Source of the DNA: Escherichia phage KIT06
Sequence record: OQ349392.1
Direction: 5' to 3' (one strand)
DNA length: 64,000 nt
A model generated the notes under the pieces. The model saw only the letters and a program-made list of their open reading frames with translations, did not search any database and was not told the origin of the DNA. Each line of letters begins with the position of its first letter. The stretch's first letter is position 1. Positions 48,023 through 57,235 of this stretch are shown here, in pieces. The position numbers and the translations under genes are program-made.

Positions 48023-48403
48023 ATGAAAATCGCTATTTTGGTTATTGCATTGGGTCTTACTGGTTGTGTAGCTCAAGGACCAGTAGTAAATCAGTCTGAT
48101 GTAGGAAAAATTGTAAACTGTTCAAGCAAATTTTATAATCCTAATGTTAAGTGTTATAAAGAAGCTCCAAAACAGACAGTAGAACAAATGCAGGCGAATT
48201 TTGACGAAGCTATTCGTCCAGATGAATCTGCCCAAGCATATCGTAATTCAGATGTAATTACACGCGAAGAAAAAATTGAAAGCTACTGCGCTGAACTTTG
48301 GGCAAATTGGGCTAATAATTACCAATGGCGTACTGGTAAAAATGCTCCGATGGAGTATGTAGTAAATTCTTATAATTCATGTGTAAAAAATTTAACTAAG
48401 TGA
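48023..48403 (+). CDS. predicted lipoprotein
   Basis: ATG 48023 after GGAGAATGAA; signal peptide with lipobox LTGC. Confidence 0.55.
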   Translation: MKIAILVIALGLTGCVAQGPVVNQSDVGKIVNCSSKFYNPNVKCYKEAPKQTVEQMQANFDEAIRPDESAQAYRNSDVITREEKIESYCAELWANWANNYQWRTGKNAPMEYVVNSYNSCVKNLTK

Positions 48404-48410
48404 GGAAAAC

Positions 48411-48662
48411 ATGGAAACTTTAGTAGCAGGTTCAATTTTTATGGTTTTAGTTTCAGGCGTGTTGGCTATTATTATATACATGCTTCCATGGTTCATCGCC
48501 TTGATGCGTGGGTCAAAATCTACAGTAGGAATCTTTTTCACATCTTTACTGTTTAACTGGTCAATTATTGGTTGGTTTATTACATTTATTTGGTCAATTG
48601 CCGGTGAAACTAAAAAATCTGCACAGCAAAACCAAGTAATTATCATCAGAGAGAAGGAATGA
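48411..48662 (+). CDS. imm: immunity protein Imm (superinfection exclusion)
   Basis: 83-aa two-TM protein METLVAGSIFMVLVSGVLAIIIYMLPWFIALMRGSKSTVG... Confidence 0.9.
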   Translation: METLVAGSIFMVLVSGVLAIIIYMLPWFIALMRGSKSTVGIFFTSLLFNWSIIGWFITFIWSIAGETKKSAQQNQVIIIREKE

Positions 48663-48808
48663 AAAGCAAAATTATAGCAGTGCTGCTTTTAATCTTGATG
48701 ATTATAATAAGTATATACTATAGTGTAACGGTTCCTCTTATGATTCCAACGCTTATTATAGGGTGGAGTTTATTACTGTTACAAGTTAAATATGAATGTA
48801 TCAATTGA
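48659..48808 (+). CDS. small membrane peptide (49 aa)
   Basis: Not in the track; ATGA overlap with imm stop. Confidence 0.35.
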   Translation: MKSKIIAVLLLILMIIISIYYSVTVPLMIPTLIIGWSLLLLQVKYECIN

Positions 48809-48815
48809 GGTTTAA

Positions 48816-49556
48816 ATGATTAATGACTCTATGACAGTTGAAGAAATTCGTCTTCATTTGGGAATTGCATTAAAGGAAAAAGATTTTGTAATTGACAAAA
48901 CCGGGGTTAAAACTATTGAAATTATTGGTGCATCATTTGTAGCAGATGAACCTTTTATTTTTGGTGCTCTTAATGACGAATACATTCAGCGTGAACTTGA
49001 ATGGTATAAATCTAAAAGCTTGTTTGTTAAAGATATTCCAGGTGAAACACCGAAGATTTGGCAACAAGTAGCATCTTCTAAAGGTGAAATTAACTCGAAT
49101 TATGGTTGGGCTATCTGGTCAGAAGATAACTATGCTCAGTATGATATGTGTTTAGCTGAACTTTGTCAAAATCCTGATTCTCGACGTGGTATCATGATTT
49201 ATACTCGTCCATCCATGCAATTTGACTACAATAAAGATGGTATGTCAGATTTCATGTGTACTAATACAGTACAGTACCTGATTCGTGATAAGAAAGTCAA
49301 TGCAGTCGTTAACATGAGAAGCAATGATTGCTGGGCAGGCTATCGTAATGATTATGCATGGCAAAAATACGTATTAGATAAATTAGTATCTGATTTGAAT
49401 GCAGGCGACCCATCGCGGCAATATAAAGCAGGTTCTATTATATGGAACGTTGGAAGTCTTCATGTGTACGAAAATCAGTTTTATTTAGTTGACCATTGGT
49501 GGAACACTGGTGAAACTCATATTGCTAAAAAGGATTATACTGGAAAATGGAAGTAA
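48816..49556 (+). CDS. 42: dCMP hydroxymethylase gp42
   Basis: 246 aa MINDSMTVEEIRLHLGIALKEKDFVIDKTGVKTIEIIGASFVADEPF... Confidence 0.95.
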   Translation: MINDSMTVEEIRLHLGIALKEKDFVIDKTGVKTIEIIGASFVADEPFIFGALNDEYIQRELEWYKSKSLFVKDIPGETPKIWQQVASSKGEINSNYGWAIWSEDNYAQYDMCLAELCQNPDSRRGIMIYTRPSMQFDYNKDGMSDFMCTNTVQYLIRDKKVNAVVNMRSNDCWAGYRNDYAWQKYVLDKLVSDLNAGDPSRQYKAGSIIWNVGSLHVYENQFYLVDHWWNTGETHIAKKDYTGKWK

Positions 49557-50188
49557 ATGTGCCACATGTTTATAAGTATAAACATCCTAAAACTAAAAAG
49601 TGGTATATAGGAAGTCATGATGGTCACAACCCGAATTATGATGGTTCGGGTGTAGTTTGGCAACATGCTAAAAAGAAATATGGAATAAAATCCTTTAATA
49701 AAGAAATATTATATGAAGGACCAATGTTTAGACAAGTTGAAGAAATTATTTTAACTTGTTTAGATGCTGCTAATTGTCCGGATTCATATAATTTAAAGAA
49801 TGAAGCATGGGGAGGAAGTTTTCCAGGCAAATTAAATGGAATGTACGGTAAAAAACTATCTCCAGAAGAAAGATATAAGTGCGGAAATGCCTTTCGTGGA
49901 ATCAAGCGTCCTGATCATTCTAAAAGAATGAAAGGCGAAGGTAATCCAATGTATGGTAAAAATGAGCAGGCATATGGAATTATAAATCGAGCAAAGGAAA
50001 ATTCTGGTAAAACTTATGAAGAAATTTTTGGCGCAGAAAAAGCTAAAATAATTAAAGAAACGATGTCTAAAAATCGTAAAGGAAAACCTCATAATTTGAT
50101 AGAAAAAATATGTCCGCATTGCGGACTAAAAGGACGTGGGCCAAATATGACAAGATACCATTTTGACAAATGTAAGGCACTTAAATGA
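49547..50188 (+). CDS. free-standing GIY-YIG homing endonuclease (Seg-like)
   Basis: HVYKYKH...KKWYIGSHDG GIY-YIG module; repeated NUMOD3-like GKKLSPEE / NPMYGK motifs; overlaps gene 42 stop. Confidence 0.75.
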   Translation: MEVNVPHVYKYKHPKTKKWYIGSHDGHNPNYDGSGVVWQHAKKKYGIKSFNKEILYEGPMFRQVEEIILTCLDAANCPDSYNLKNEAWGGSFPGKLNGMYGKKLSPEERYKCGNAFRGIKRPDHSKRMKGEGNPMYGKNEQAYGIINRAKENSGKTYEEIFGAEKAKIIKETMSKNRKGKPHNLIEKICPHCGLKGRGPNMTRYHFDKCKALK

Positions 50189-51027
50189 TTCAATTTGTAA
50201 TTCCAAGTTATCAACGCGTAGGGGCAGTTTCTGCCCTTGATATGTTTCCGACTGATTATGAACCTCATATTGTAGTACGTGAACACGAAGAAAAAGCTTA
50301 TTTTGACGCTTACGGGTCTAGAGCTAAAATTATAACTATTCCTGATGATGTTAATGGAATTGCTGGAACTCGTAAAGCAATTACTGATATGTATGCAGGT
50401 CAACGAATTTGGATGATCGATGATGATACTACTATTCGTATGAGTTCAATGCGAAAGAAAGATGATCGTCGCTGCGTAGATAAAATTAATCAGTTAACTC
50501 GTGAACAGTTCTATGAATTGATTCAATATGTTGAAGATGCCATGGATTGCGGATATTATCATGGCCATGCTCGTTTACCAATTTTTAAAATTACTTCATC
50601 TTGGGGTAATTATCGTGAAAATTCATATGGATTCACGAATACATGGTATGACCTTGGAAAACTTACGACAGAACAAATTGGGTATGGAAAAATTGATTTA
50701 TGCGAAGATATGTATGCATTTCTCAATTTAATTAATCAAGGTTATCCGCATTTGGCCTTGTTCAAATATCTGGTTGTGTCTGGAAAAGCACAAGCTCCAG
50801 GTGGATGTAGTTCAATTCGTAGTAATTCAAAACATAATAGAGCTCTTGAGCAAATCAATAGAGAGTTTCCAGAGCAAGCTCGTTGGAAAACATCGAATAT
50901 TGAAAAGAGAAAATCGTTGGGTGAAGAAGACGAGCCATTAAAGGTTCTTCGCATGTGTGTTTCGCGCAAAGAAAAATCAGAAGCGTTTCATAAGTTTAAT
51001 GCTATTCATCCAATAGCAGTCGATTAA
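50185..51027 (+). CDS. GT-A-type glycosyltransferase in the beta-gt slot (possibly T2/T6 beta-glucosyl-HMC-alpha-glucosyltransferase)
   Basis: 280 aa with DxD-type motif WMIDDDTTI; unlike T4 beta-gt as recalled. Confidence 0.5.
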   Translation: MIQFVIPSYQRVGAVSALDMFPTDYEPHIVVREHEEKAYFDAYGSRAKIITIPDDVNGIAGTRKAITDMYAGQRIWMIDDDTTIRMSSMRKKDDRRCVDKINQLTREQFYELIQYVEDAMDCGYYHGHARLPIFKITSSWGNYRENSYGFTNTWYDLGKLTTEQIGYGKIDLCEDMYAFLNLINQGYPHLALFKYLVVSGKAQAPGGCSSIRSNSKHNRALEQINREFPEQARWKTSNIEKRKSLGEEDEPLKVLRMCVSRKEKSEAFHKFNAIHPIAVD

Positions 51028-51104
51028 TGCCTAAATTTATTGTGTTATAATTACTTTATCTTTAACCAGTGAGGAAAATATAATGATGCCTATGGAAAAA
51101 ATGA

Positions 51105-52286
51105 ATGTCTATTGCAGATTTAAAATCCCGTTTGATTAAAGCTTCCACTTCTAAAATGACTGCTGAACTGACTACATCTAAATTCTTTAATGAAAAGGAT
51201 GTAATCCGTACAAAAATCCCAATGCTTAATATCGCTATTTCTGGTGCGATTGATGGTGGTATGCAGTCTGGTTTAACCATTTTTGCAGGTCCTTCTAAAC
51301 ACTTTAAATCAAATATGTCTTTGACTATGGTTGCGGCGTATTTGAACAAATATCCTGATGCGGTTTGTTTATTTTATGATAGCGAATTTGGTATTACTCC
51401 AGCTTATTTGCGATCCATGGGAGTTGACCCGGAACGAGTAATTCATACACCAATTCAGTCAGTTGAACAGCTGAAAATTGATATGGTGAATCAGCTTGAA
51501 GCTATTGAGCGCGGTGAAAAAGTTATTGTATTCATCGACTCAATCGGTAATATGGCTTCTAAGAAAGAAACGGAAGATGCCTTGAATGAAAAATCTGTGG
51601 CAGATATGACTCGTGCTAAATCACTGAAGTCATTATTCCGTATTGTTACTCCTTATTTTAGTATTAAAAACATTCCGTGTGTTGCGGTTAACCACACAAT
51701 TGAAACAATTGAAATGTTTAGTAAAACCGTGATGACAGGTGGTACAGGCGTAATGTATTCGGCTGATACTGTATTCATTATCGGTAAGCGCCAGATTAAA
51801 GATGGTTCTGATCTTCAGGGGTATCAATTTGTTCTAAATGTAGAAAAATCTCGTACCGTTAAAGAAAAAAGTAAATTCTTTATTGATGTTAAATTTGACG
51901 GTGGTATCGATCCTTATTCTGGATTGTTAGATATGGCTCTTGAATTAGGATTTGTAGTAAAACCTAAAAATGGTTGGTATGCTCGTGAATTTCTTGACGA
52001 AGAAACCGGCGAGATGATTCGCGAAGAAAAATCTTGGCGTGCAAAAGATACCAATTGCACTACATTCTGGGGTCCTTTATTTAAGCATCAACCATTCCGA
52101 GATGCTATTAAACGTGCTTATCAGTTAGGTGCTATTGATAGTAATGAAATTGTTGAAGCTGAAGTTGATGAATTGATTAACTCAAAGGTTGAAAAATTTA
52201 AATCTCCAGAAAGTAAAAGTAAATCAGCCGCTGATTTAGAAACTGACCTAGATCAGTTAAGTGATATGGAAGAATTTAATGAATAA
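51105..52286 (+). CDS. uvsX: recombinase UvsX (RecA-like)
   Basis: 393 aa MSIADLKSRLIKASTSKMTAELT... Confidence 0.95.
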   Translation: MSIADLKSRLIKASTSKMTAELTTSKFFNEKDVIRTKIPMLNIAISGAIDGGMQSGLTIFAGPSKHFKSNMSLTMVAAYLNKYPDAVCLFYDSEFGITPAYLRSMGVDPERVIHTPIQSVEQLKIDMVNQLEAIERGEKVIVFIDSIGNMASKKETEDALNEKSVADMTRAKSLKSLFRIVTPYFSIKNIPCVAVNHTIETIEMFSKTVMTGGTGVMYSADTVFIIGKRQIKDGSDLQGYQFVLNVEKSRTVKEKSKFFIDVKFDGGIDPYSGLLDMALELGFVVKPKNGWYAREFLDEETGEMIREEKSWRAKDTNCTTFWGPLFKHQPFRDAIKRAYQLGAIDSNEIVEAEVDELINSKVEKFKSPESKSKSAADLETDLDQLSDMEEFNE

Positions 52287-52623
52287 AGATGATTTAGATT
52301 TAGATCTAGAAATTATCGATGAATCCCCCTCTTCGGAGGGGGAAGAAGAAAGAAAAGAACGTCTTTTTAATGAATCTCTTAAGATAATTAAATCTGCCAT
52401 GGAAAATGTTATCCAGGAGATTGTCATTAAACTAGAAGACGGTTCTACACACATTGTGTATGTGACAAAATTAGATTGGGTTGATGGAAAAGTCGTAATG
52501 GACTTTGCTGTTCTTGACCAAGAAAGAGGAGCTGAGTTAGCTCCTCATGTAGAAAAATGTATTACAATGCAACTACAAGATGCATTTAATAAAAGGTCAA
52601 AGAAAAAATTTAAATTCTTTTAA
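52279..52623 (+). CDS. 40: gp40 (head-vertex assembly factor)
   Basis: MNKDDLDLDLEIIDESPSSEGEEERKERLF...; ATG 52279 overlaps uvsX stop. Confidence 0.75.
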   Translation: MNKDDLDLDLEIIDESPSSEGEEERKERLFNESLKIIKSAMENVIQEIVIKLEDGSTHIVYVTKLDWVDGKVVMDFAVLDQERGAELAPHVEKCITMQLQDAFNKRSKKKFKFF

Positions 52624-52632
52624 GGAGTAAGT

Positions 52633-54060
52633 GTGGTAGAAATTATTCTTTCTCATCTCATATTTGATCAAGCTTATTTTTCAAAAGTTTGGCCATATAT
52701 GGATTCAGAATATTTTGAAAGTGGTCCGGCTAAAAATACGTTCAAATTAATTAAATCTCATGTTAATGAGTATCATAGCGTTCCATCCATTAATGCGTTA
52801 AATGTTGCATTAGAAAATAGTTCATTTACTGAAACAGAATATTCTGGTGTAAAAACACTTATTTCAAAACTAGCCGATTCTCCGGAAGACCACAGCTGGT
52901 TAGTAAAAGAAACAGAAAAATATGTTCAGCAAAGGGCAATGTTTAATGCCACGTCTAAAATAATTGAAATTCAAACTAATGCTGAGCTTCCTCCGGAAAA
53001 ACGAAATAAGAAAATGCCAGATGTAGGTGCTATTCCTGACATCATGCGCCAAGCATTATCAATTTCATTTGATAGTTACGTTGGTCATGATTGGATGGAT
53101 GACTACGAAGCACGTTGGCTATCTTATATGAATAAAGCTCGTAAGGTTCCATTTAAACTCAAAATTCTAAATAAAATTACTAAAGGCGGAGCTGAGACTG
53201 GAACACTGAACGTTTTAATGGCTGGTGTTAACGTTGGTAAGTCATTAGGTCTGTGTTCATTGGCAGCAGATTATTTACAGCTTGGACATAATGTTCTTTA
53301 CATTTCCATGGAAATGGCAGAAGAAGTCTGTGCTAAGCGTATTGACGCTAATATGCTTGATGTTTCTCTTGATGACATTGATGATGGGCATATTTCTTAC
53401 GCTGAGTATAAAGGAAAAATGGAAAAATGGCGTGAGAAATCTACTCTCGGTCGTTTAATCGTTAAACAGTATCCTACTGGTGGAGCAGACGCTAATACAT
53501 TTCGATCGCTTTTAAACGAATTAAAGCTCAAGAAGAATTTTGTTCCAACAATCATTATTGTTGACTATCTAGGTATTTGTAAATCTTGCCGCATCAGAGT
53601 TTACTCAGAAAATAGTTACACAACTGTTAAAGCTATCGCAGAGGAATTGCGTGCTCTGGCTGTTGAAACCGAAACTGTTCTTTGGACTGCAGCACAGGTT
53701 GGTAAGCAAGCTTGGGATTCTTCTGATGTTAACATGAGCGATATTGCAGAATCTGCCGGTCTTCCAGCAACAGCCGATTTTATGCTTGCGGTCATTGAAA
53801 CCGAGGAGTTAGCAGCTGCTGAACAACAACTCATTAAGCAAATCAAATCACGATATGGTGATAAGAATAAATGGAATAAGTTTTTGATGGGTGTTCAAAA
53901 AGGAAATCAGAAATGGGTAGAAATTGAACAAGATTCTACTCCAACTGAAGTGAACGAAGTAGCAGGTTCACAGCAGATTCAGGCTGAGCAGAATCGCTAT
54001 CAAAGAAACGAATCTACTCGAGCCCAGTTAGATGCTTTGGCAAATGAATTAAAATTTTAG
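52633..54060 (+). CDS. 41: replicative DNA helicase gp41
   Basis: 475 aa, GTG start after AAGGAG; Walker A GVNVGKS. Confidence 0.95.
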   Translation: MVEIILSHLIFDQAYFSKVWPYMDSEYFESGPAKNTFKLIKSHVNEYHSVPSINALNVALENSSFTETEYSGVKTLISKLADSPEDHSWLVKETEKYVQQRAMFNATSKIIEIQTNAELPPEKRNKKMPDVGAIPDIMRQALSISFDSYVGHDWMDDYEARWLSYMNKARKVPFKLKILNKITKGGAETGTLNVLMAGVNVGKSLGLCSLAADYLQLGHNVLYISMEMAEEVCAKRIDANMLDVSLDDIDDGHISYAEYKGKMEKWREKSTLGRLIVKQYPTGGADANTFRSLLNELKLKKNFVPTIIIVDYLGICKSCRIRVYSENSYTTVKAIAEELRALAVETETVLWTAAQVGKQAWDSSDVNMSDIAESAGLPATADFMLAVIETEELAAAEQQLIKQIKSRYGDKNKWNKFLMGVQKGNQKWVEIEQDSTPTEVNEVAGSQQIQAEQNRYQRNESTRAQLDALANELKF

Positions 54061-54089
54061 TTTACAAGCTGACAGGACTATGGTATAGT
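54061..54089 (+). promoter_or_regulatory. T4-type early promoter
   Basis: TTTACA-N17-TATAGT abutting gene 41 stop. Confidence 0.65.
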
Positions 54090-54118
54090 AGTCTTGTTGG
54101 TTAAATGAGGAGATTGTT

Positions 54119-54301
54119 ATGGAATTGGTAAAGGTAGTTTTTATGGGGTGGTTTAAGAATGAAAGCATGTTTACTAAAGAAATCACAATGATGAAAGACG
54201 ACGTTCAATGGGCTACTACTCAATATGCTGAAGTTAATAAAGCATTAGTTAAAGCTTTCATTGATGACAAGAAAGTATGCGAAGTGGATTGCCGAGGGTA
54301 A
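54119..54301 (+). CDS. dmd: Dmd, inhibitor of host RnlA/LsoA RNase toxins (T4 61.5)
   Basis: 60 aa MELVKVVFMGWFKNESMFTKEITMMKDDVQWATTQYAEVNKALVKAFIDDKKVCEVDCRG; first gene after 41 as in T4. Confidence 0.8.
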   Translation: MELVKVVFMGWFKNESMFTKEITMMKDDVQWATTQYAEVNKALVKAFIDDKKVCEVDCRG

Positions 54302-54302
54302 T

Positions 54303-54545
54303 ATGCATATCGTTTTATTTAAACCTACTCCGTATAATGTCAGGAAAAATACTCAATTCAAAGCACTTATTGCAGATACGTGGGAATTGGTGTTAGATAT
54401 TCCAGCAGAAGAAAGTCCTCCATTTGGTCGAGTGGAATTTATTAAGTTTGCTGTGCGCCCTACGAAGCGGCAGATTCGCCAATGCAAAAGATACTTTCGT
54501 AAAATCGTCAAGTTAAAGAAACAGTTATTGATGCTAGTAAAATAG
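54303..54545 (+). CDS. hypothetical small basic protein
   Basis: ATG 54303 after GAGGGTAAT. Confidence 0.45.
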   Translation: MHIVLFKPTPYNVRKNTQFKALIADTWELVLDIPAEESPPFGRVEFIKFAVRPTKRQIRQCKRYFRKIVKLKKQLLMLVK

Positions 54546-54548
54546 TAG

Positions 54549-54577
54549 TTTACAAGCTGATAGAGTTGTGTTATAGT
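54549..54577 (+). promoter_or_regulatory. T4-type early promoter
   Basis: TTTACA-N17-TATAGT. Confidence 0.65.
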
Positions 54578-54608
54578 AATTCTATCAGCTAATCGCGGAG
54601 AAAAGAAA

Positions 54609-54863
54609 ATGATGCTAGTTAATAGAGAATATCAGTTTAAATCAGAAGAAGATTTGGAAAAATTCGCAAGTGGTTGTGAACTGAATAGACGCACAGCTAA
54701 AGTCATAGGATTAAAACCCTTTACAGTTCTAGATTGTGAAGTTTCTAAATTCCGCAGAGGGTGTTCTATTAGCGGTCATGCTCTGGTTGATGGGAACACA
54801 TTTTTCTTTGTTTTTAGCGTCAGAGAACTTTTATTGATTAACGAACTTGAGGAAATAAAATAG
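54609..54863 (+). CDS. hypothetical small protein
   Basis: 84 aa after GCGGAGAAAAGAAAATG. Confidence 0.5.
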   Translation: MMLVNREYQFKSEEDLEKFASGCELNRRTAKVIGLKPFTVLDCEVSKFRRGCSISGHALVDGNTFFFVFSVRELLLINELEEIK

Positions 54864-54892
54864 TTTACTTTTGTTAGAAATTGAGATACTAT
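54864..54892 (+). promoter_or_regulatory. T4-type early promoter
   Basis: TTTACT-N17-TACTAT. Confidence 0.65.
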
Positions 54893-54921
54893 TATAAACA
54901 TAAACTACTGAGGAGATTATC

Positions 54922-55215
54922 ATGAAAAAATTTGTTTTTGCTGCAATTTTTGCTTTGGCTTCTTGTGCTGCTCAGCCTGCTATGGCGGGTTATGATAAAG
55001 ATTTGTGCGAATGGTCTATGACTGCAGATCAGACTGAGGTTGAAACTCAGATTGAAGCAGATATTATGAATATCGTTGAGCGTGATCGCCCTGAAATGAA
55101 AGCTGAAGTACAAAAACAGCTTAAGTCTGGTGGTGTAATGCAGTATAATTACGTTCTGTATTGTGATAAAAACTTCAATAATAAAAATATCATCGCTGAA
55201 GTAGTAGGTGAATAA
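54922..55215 (+). CDS. sp: Spackle periplasmic protein (superinfection exclusion)
   Basis: 97 aa with signal peptide MKKFVFAAIFALASCAAQPAMA... Confidence 0.85.
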   Translation: MKKFVFAAIFALASCAAQPAMAGYDKDLCEWSMTADQTEVETQIEADIMNIVERDRPEMKAEVQKQLKSGGVMQYNYVLYCDKNFNNKNIIAEVVGE

Positions 55216-55841
55216 TGCTCTATCAAATGCACAAGTGTAAAGACACGTACAATTATAAAGGTGCCCAGTGTTATATCATCAATCGTGAAAACGTGGGTCC
55301 AGGTCATTCGCATCAATCACGGTTTGTATTCGTTAAAAATAATGAAATTATAGCAGTTGCTAATTACATGCTTGTGACTAATGATGTTAATCCGGTGCCT
55401 TTTACGTATTATAATCTAATGGATTTGGCGTACGATTATAATTGGTTTAATCATGATAATTTGGCTCATATTGAAGGCGTAGGATTTGACATCTCTTATT
55501 CTAGTTACTCGTTGTGTCCTATGAGCCGAGCTCATAAAGAGCCTGAATATTTTTCATTTCGTCGGCGTGTAGACTTTGAACGCAGCACAGAGTATATCGG
55601 TGGAATTTTTGTTAAAGATAATCGAATTACTCGCATTATTTATCCTTTGGGCTGTGGTCAAAAAGATATTGATGTTGATTTAGACTTTACTGAAAACATC
55701 ATTAATCATATTGCTTCTGTGTATTTTGATATTGATCATAAAATTGTAATATGTGGATATGAATTACCATCAGAAAAACAGTCTAAAGTGAATGTTTCTA
55801 TTGATGACCAAATTTTTAATGCTTTTATGAATAGAGGTTAA
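55215..55841 (+). CDS. hypothetical protein in the T4 61.2 position (AdfA-like anti-DarT candidate by synteny)
   Basis: 208-aa ORF between sp and primase; assignment is positional only. Confidence 0.4.
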   Translation: MLYQMHKCKDTYNYKGAQCYIINRENVGPGHSHQSRFVFVKNNEIIAVANYMLVTNDVNPVPFTYYNLMDLAYDYNWFNHDNLAHIEGVGFDISYSSYSLCPMSRAHKEPEYFSFRRRVDFERSTEYIGGIFVKDNRITRIIYPLGCGQKDIDVDLDFTENIINHIASVYFDIDHKIVICGYELPSEKQSKVNVSIDDQIFNAFMNRG

Positions 55842-55842
55842 T

Positions 55843-56007
55843 ATGAAAACGTTTAAAGAATTTATCAAAGAAGATATGGTCGCTGGAGATTCAGGTGGTA
55901 ATCCTGAAAATATCTCTACTGGAACAACGTCAGGCGCTGTAGTAAATAAAGGTCCTGAACAGATTCCTAAAAAGAAAAAAGAGGAATCTAAAGAAAAAGA
56001 AGAGTAA
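55843..56007 (+). CDS. small CTS-bearing protein (54 aa)
   Basis: Not in the track; MKTFKEFIKE N-terminus identical in type to internal-protein CTS; Lys/Glu-rich tail. Confidence 0.4.
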   Translation: MKTFKEFIKEDMVAGDSGGNPENISTGTTSGAVVNKGPEQIPKKKKEESKEKEE

Positions 56008-56009
56008 AA

Positions 56010-57038
56010 ATGTCATCAATACCTTGGATTGATAATGAGTTTGCATACCGTGCGCTAGCTCATTTACCTAAATTCACACAAGTAAATAATAGTTCAACTT
56101 TTAAATTACGGTTTAGATGCCCTGTTTGTGGAGATTCAAAAACCGACCAAAATAAAGCCCGTGGATGGTATTATGGTGATAATAATGAAGGAAATATTCA
56201 TTGTTATAACTGTAACTATCATGCACCAATCGGAATATATTTAAAGGAGTTTGAACCTGATTTATATCGTGAGTATATCTTTGAAATAAGAAAAGAAAAA
56301 GGTAAAAGTCGTCCAGTAGAAAAACCTAAAGAACTTCCTAAACAACCTGAGAAGAAAATAATTAAATCTCTTCCGTCATGTATTAGATTAGATAAACTGG
56401 CGGAAGACCATCCAATTATAAAATACGTAAAAGCTCGCTGTATTCCAAAGGATAAATGGAAATATCTTTGGTTTACAACCGAATGGCCTAAATTAGTTAA
56501 TAGTATAGCACCAGGAACATACAAAAAGGAAATACCTGAGCCCCGTCTTGTTATTCCAATTTATAATGCTAATGGAAAAGCTGAGTCTTTTCAAGGACGT
56601 GCATTAAAGAAAGATGCTCCCCAAAAATATATCACAATCAAAGCTTATCCTGAGGCAACAAAAATCTATGGAGTCGAACGAGTCAAAGATGGTGATGTAT
56701 ATGTTCTAGAAGGACCTATAGATTCACTTTTTATTGAAAACGGTATAGCTATTACGGGTGGTCAATTAGACCTAGAAATTGTTCCATTTAAAGATAGACG
56801 TGTATGGGTTTTAGATAATGAACCTCGTCACCCTGACACTATTAAACGAATGACTAAATTAGTTGATGCAGGAGAAAGGGTTATGTTTTGGGACAAATCT
56901 CCCTGGAAATCAAAAGATGTTAATGATATGATTAGAAAGGAAGGTGCAACCCCTGAACAAATTATGGAATATATGAAAAATAATATTGCACAGGGGTTGA
57001 TGGCTAAAATGCGGCTATCTAAATATGCTAAGATTTAA
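56010..57038 (+). CDS. 61: DNA primase gp61
   Basis: 342 aa with zinc-binding CPVCGDS...CYNCNYH and TOPRIM-like core. Confidence 0.93.
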   Translation: MSSIPWIDNEFAYRALAHLPKFTQVNNSSTFKLRFRCPVCGDSKTDQNKARGWYYGDNNEGNIHCYNCNYHAPIGIYLKEFEPDLYREYIFEIRKEKGKSRPVEKPKELPKQPEKKIIKSLPSCIRLDKLAEDHPIIKYVKARCIPKDKWKYLWFTTEWPKLVNSIAPGTYKKEIPEPRLVIPIYNANGKAESFQGRALKKDAPQKYITIKAYPEATKIYGVERVKDGDVYVLEGPIDSLFIENGIAITGGQLDLEIVPFKDRRVWVLDNEPRHPDTIKRMTKLVDAGERVMFWDKSPWKSKDVNDMIRKEGATPEQIMEYMKNNIAQGLMAKMRLSKYAKI

Positions 57039-57235
57039 ATTAACCCAACTAAAGCAAATGCTAAATCTACGAATGTATCAAGAGTAATTACTGGAATACT
57101 AACGCCATGAGCAATAGCAACTGGCGATAAAACAAAATTCCAAAGTAAAATTCCTATCATAGCAGAAATAGTAAAAGCTATACGTTTTTTATTACCTTTG
57201 ATGGCATTAACAAGTGCCATTAATTTTTGTACCAT
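57035..57235 (-). CDS. small membrane protein on the opposite strand
   Basis: 66 aa, two hydrophobic helices; strong minus-strand AAGGAGG 5 nt before ATG. Confidence 0.55.
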   Translation of the reverse strand: MVQKLMALVNAIKGNKKRIAFTISAMIGILLWNFVLSPVAIAHGVSIPVITLDTFVDLAFALVGLI

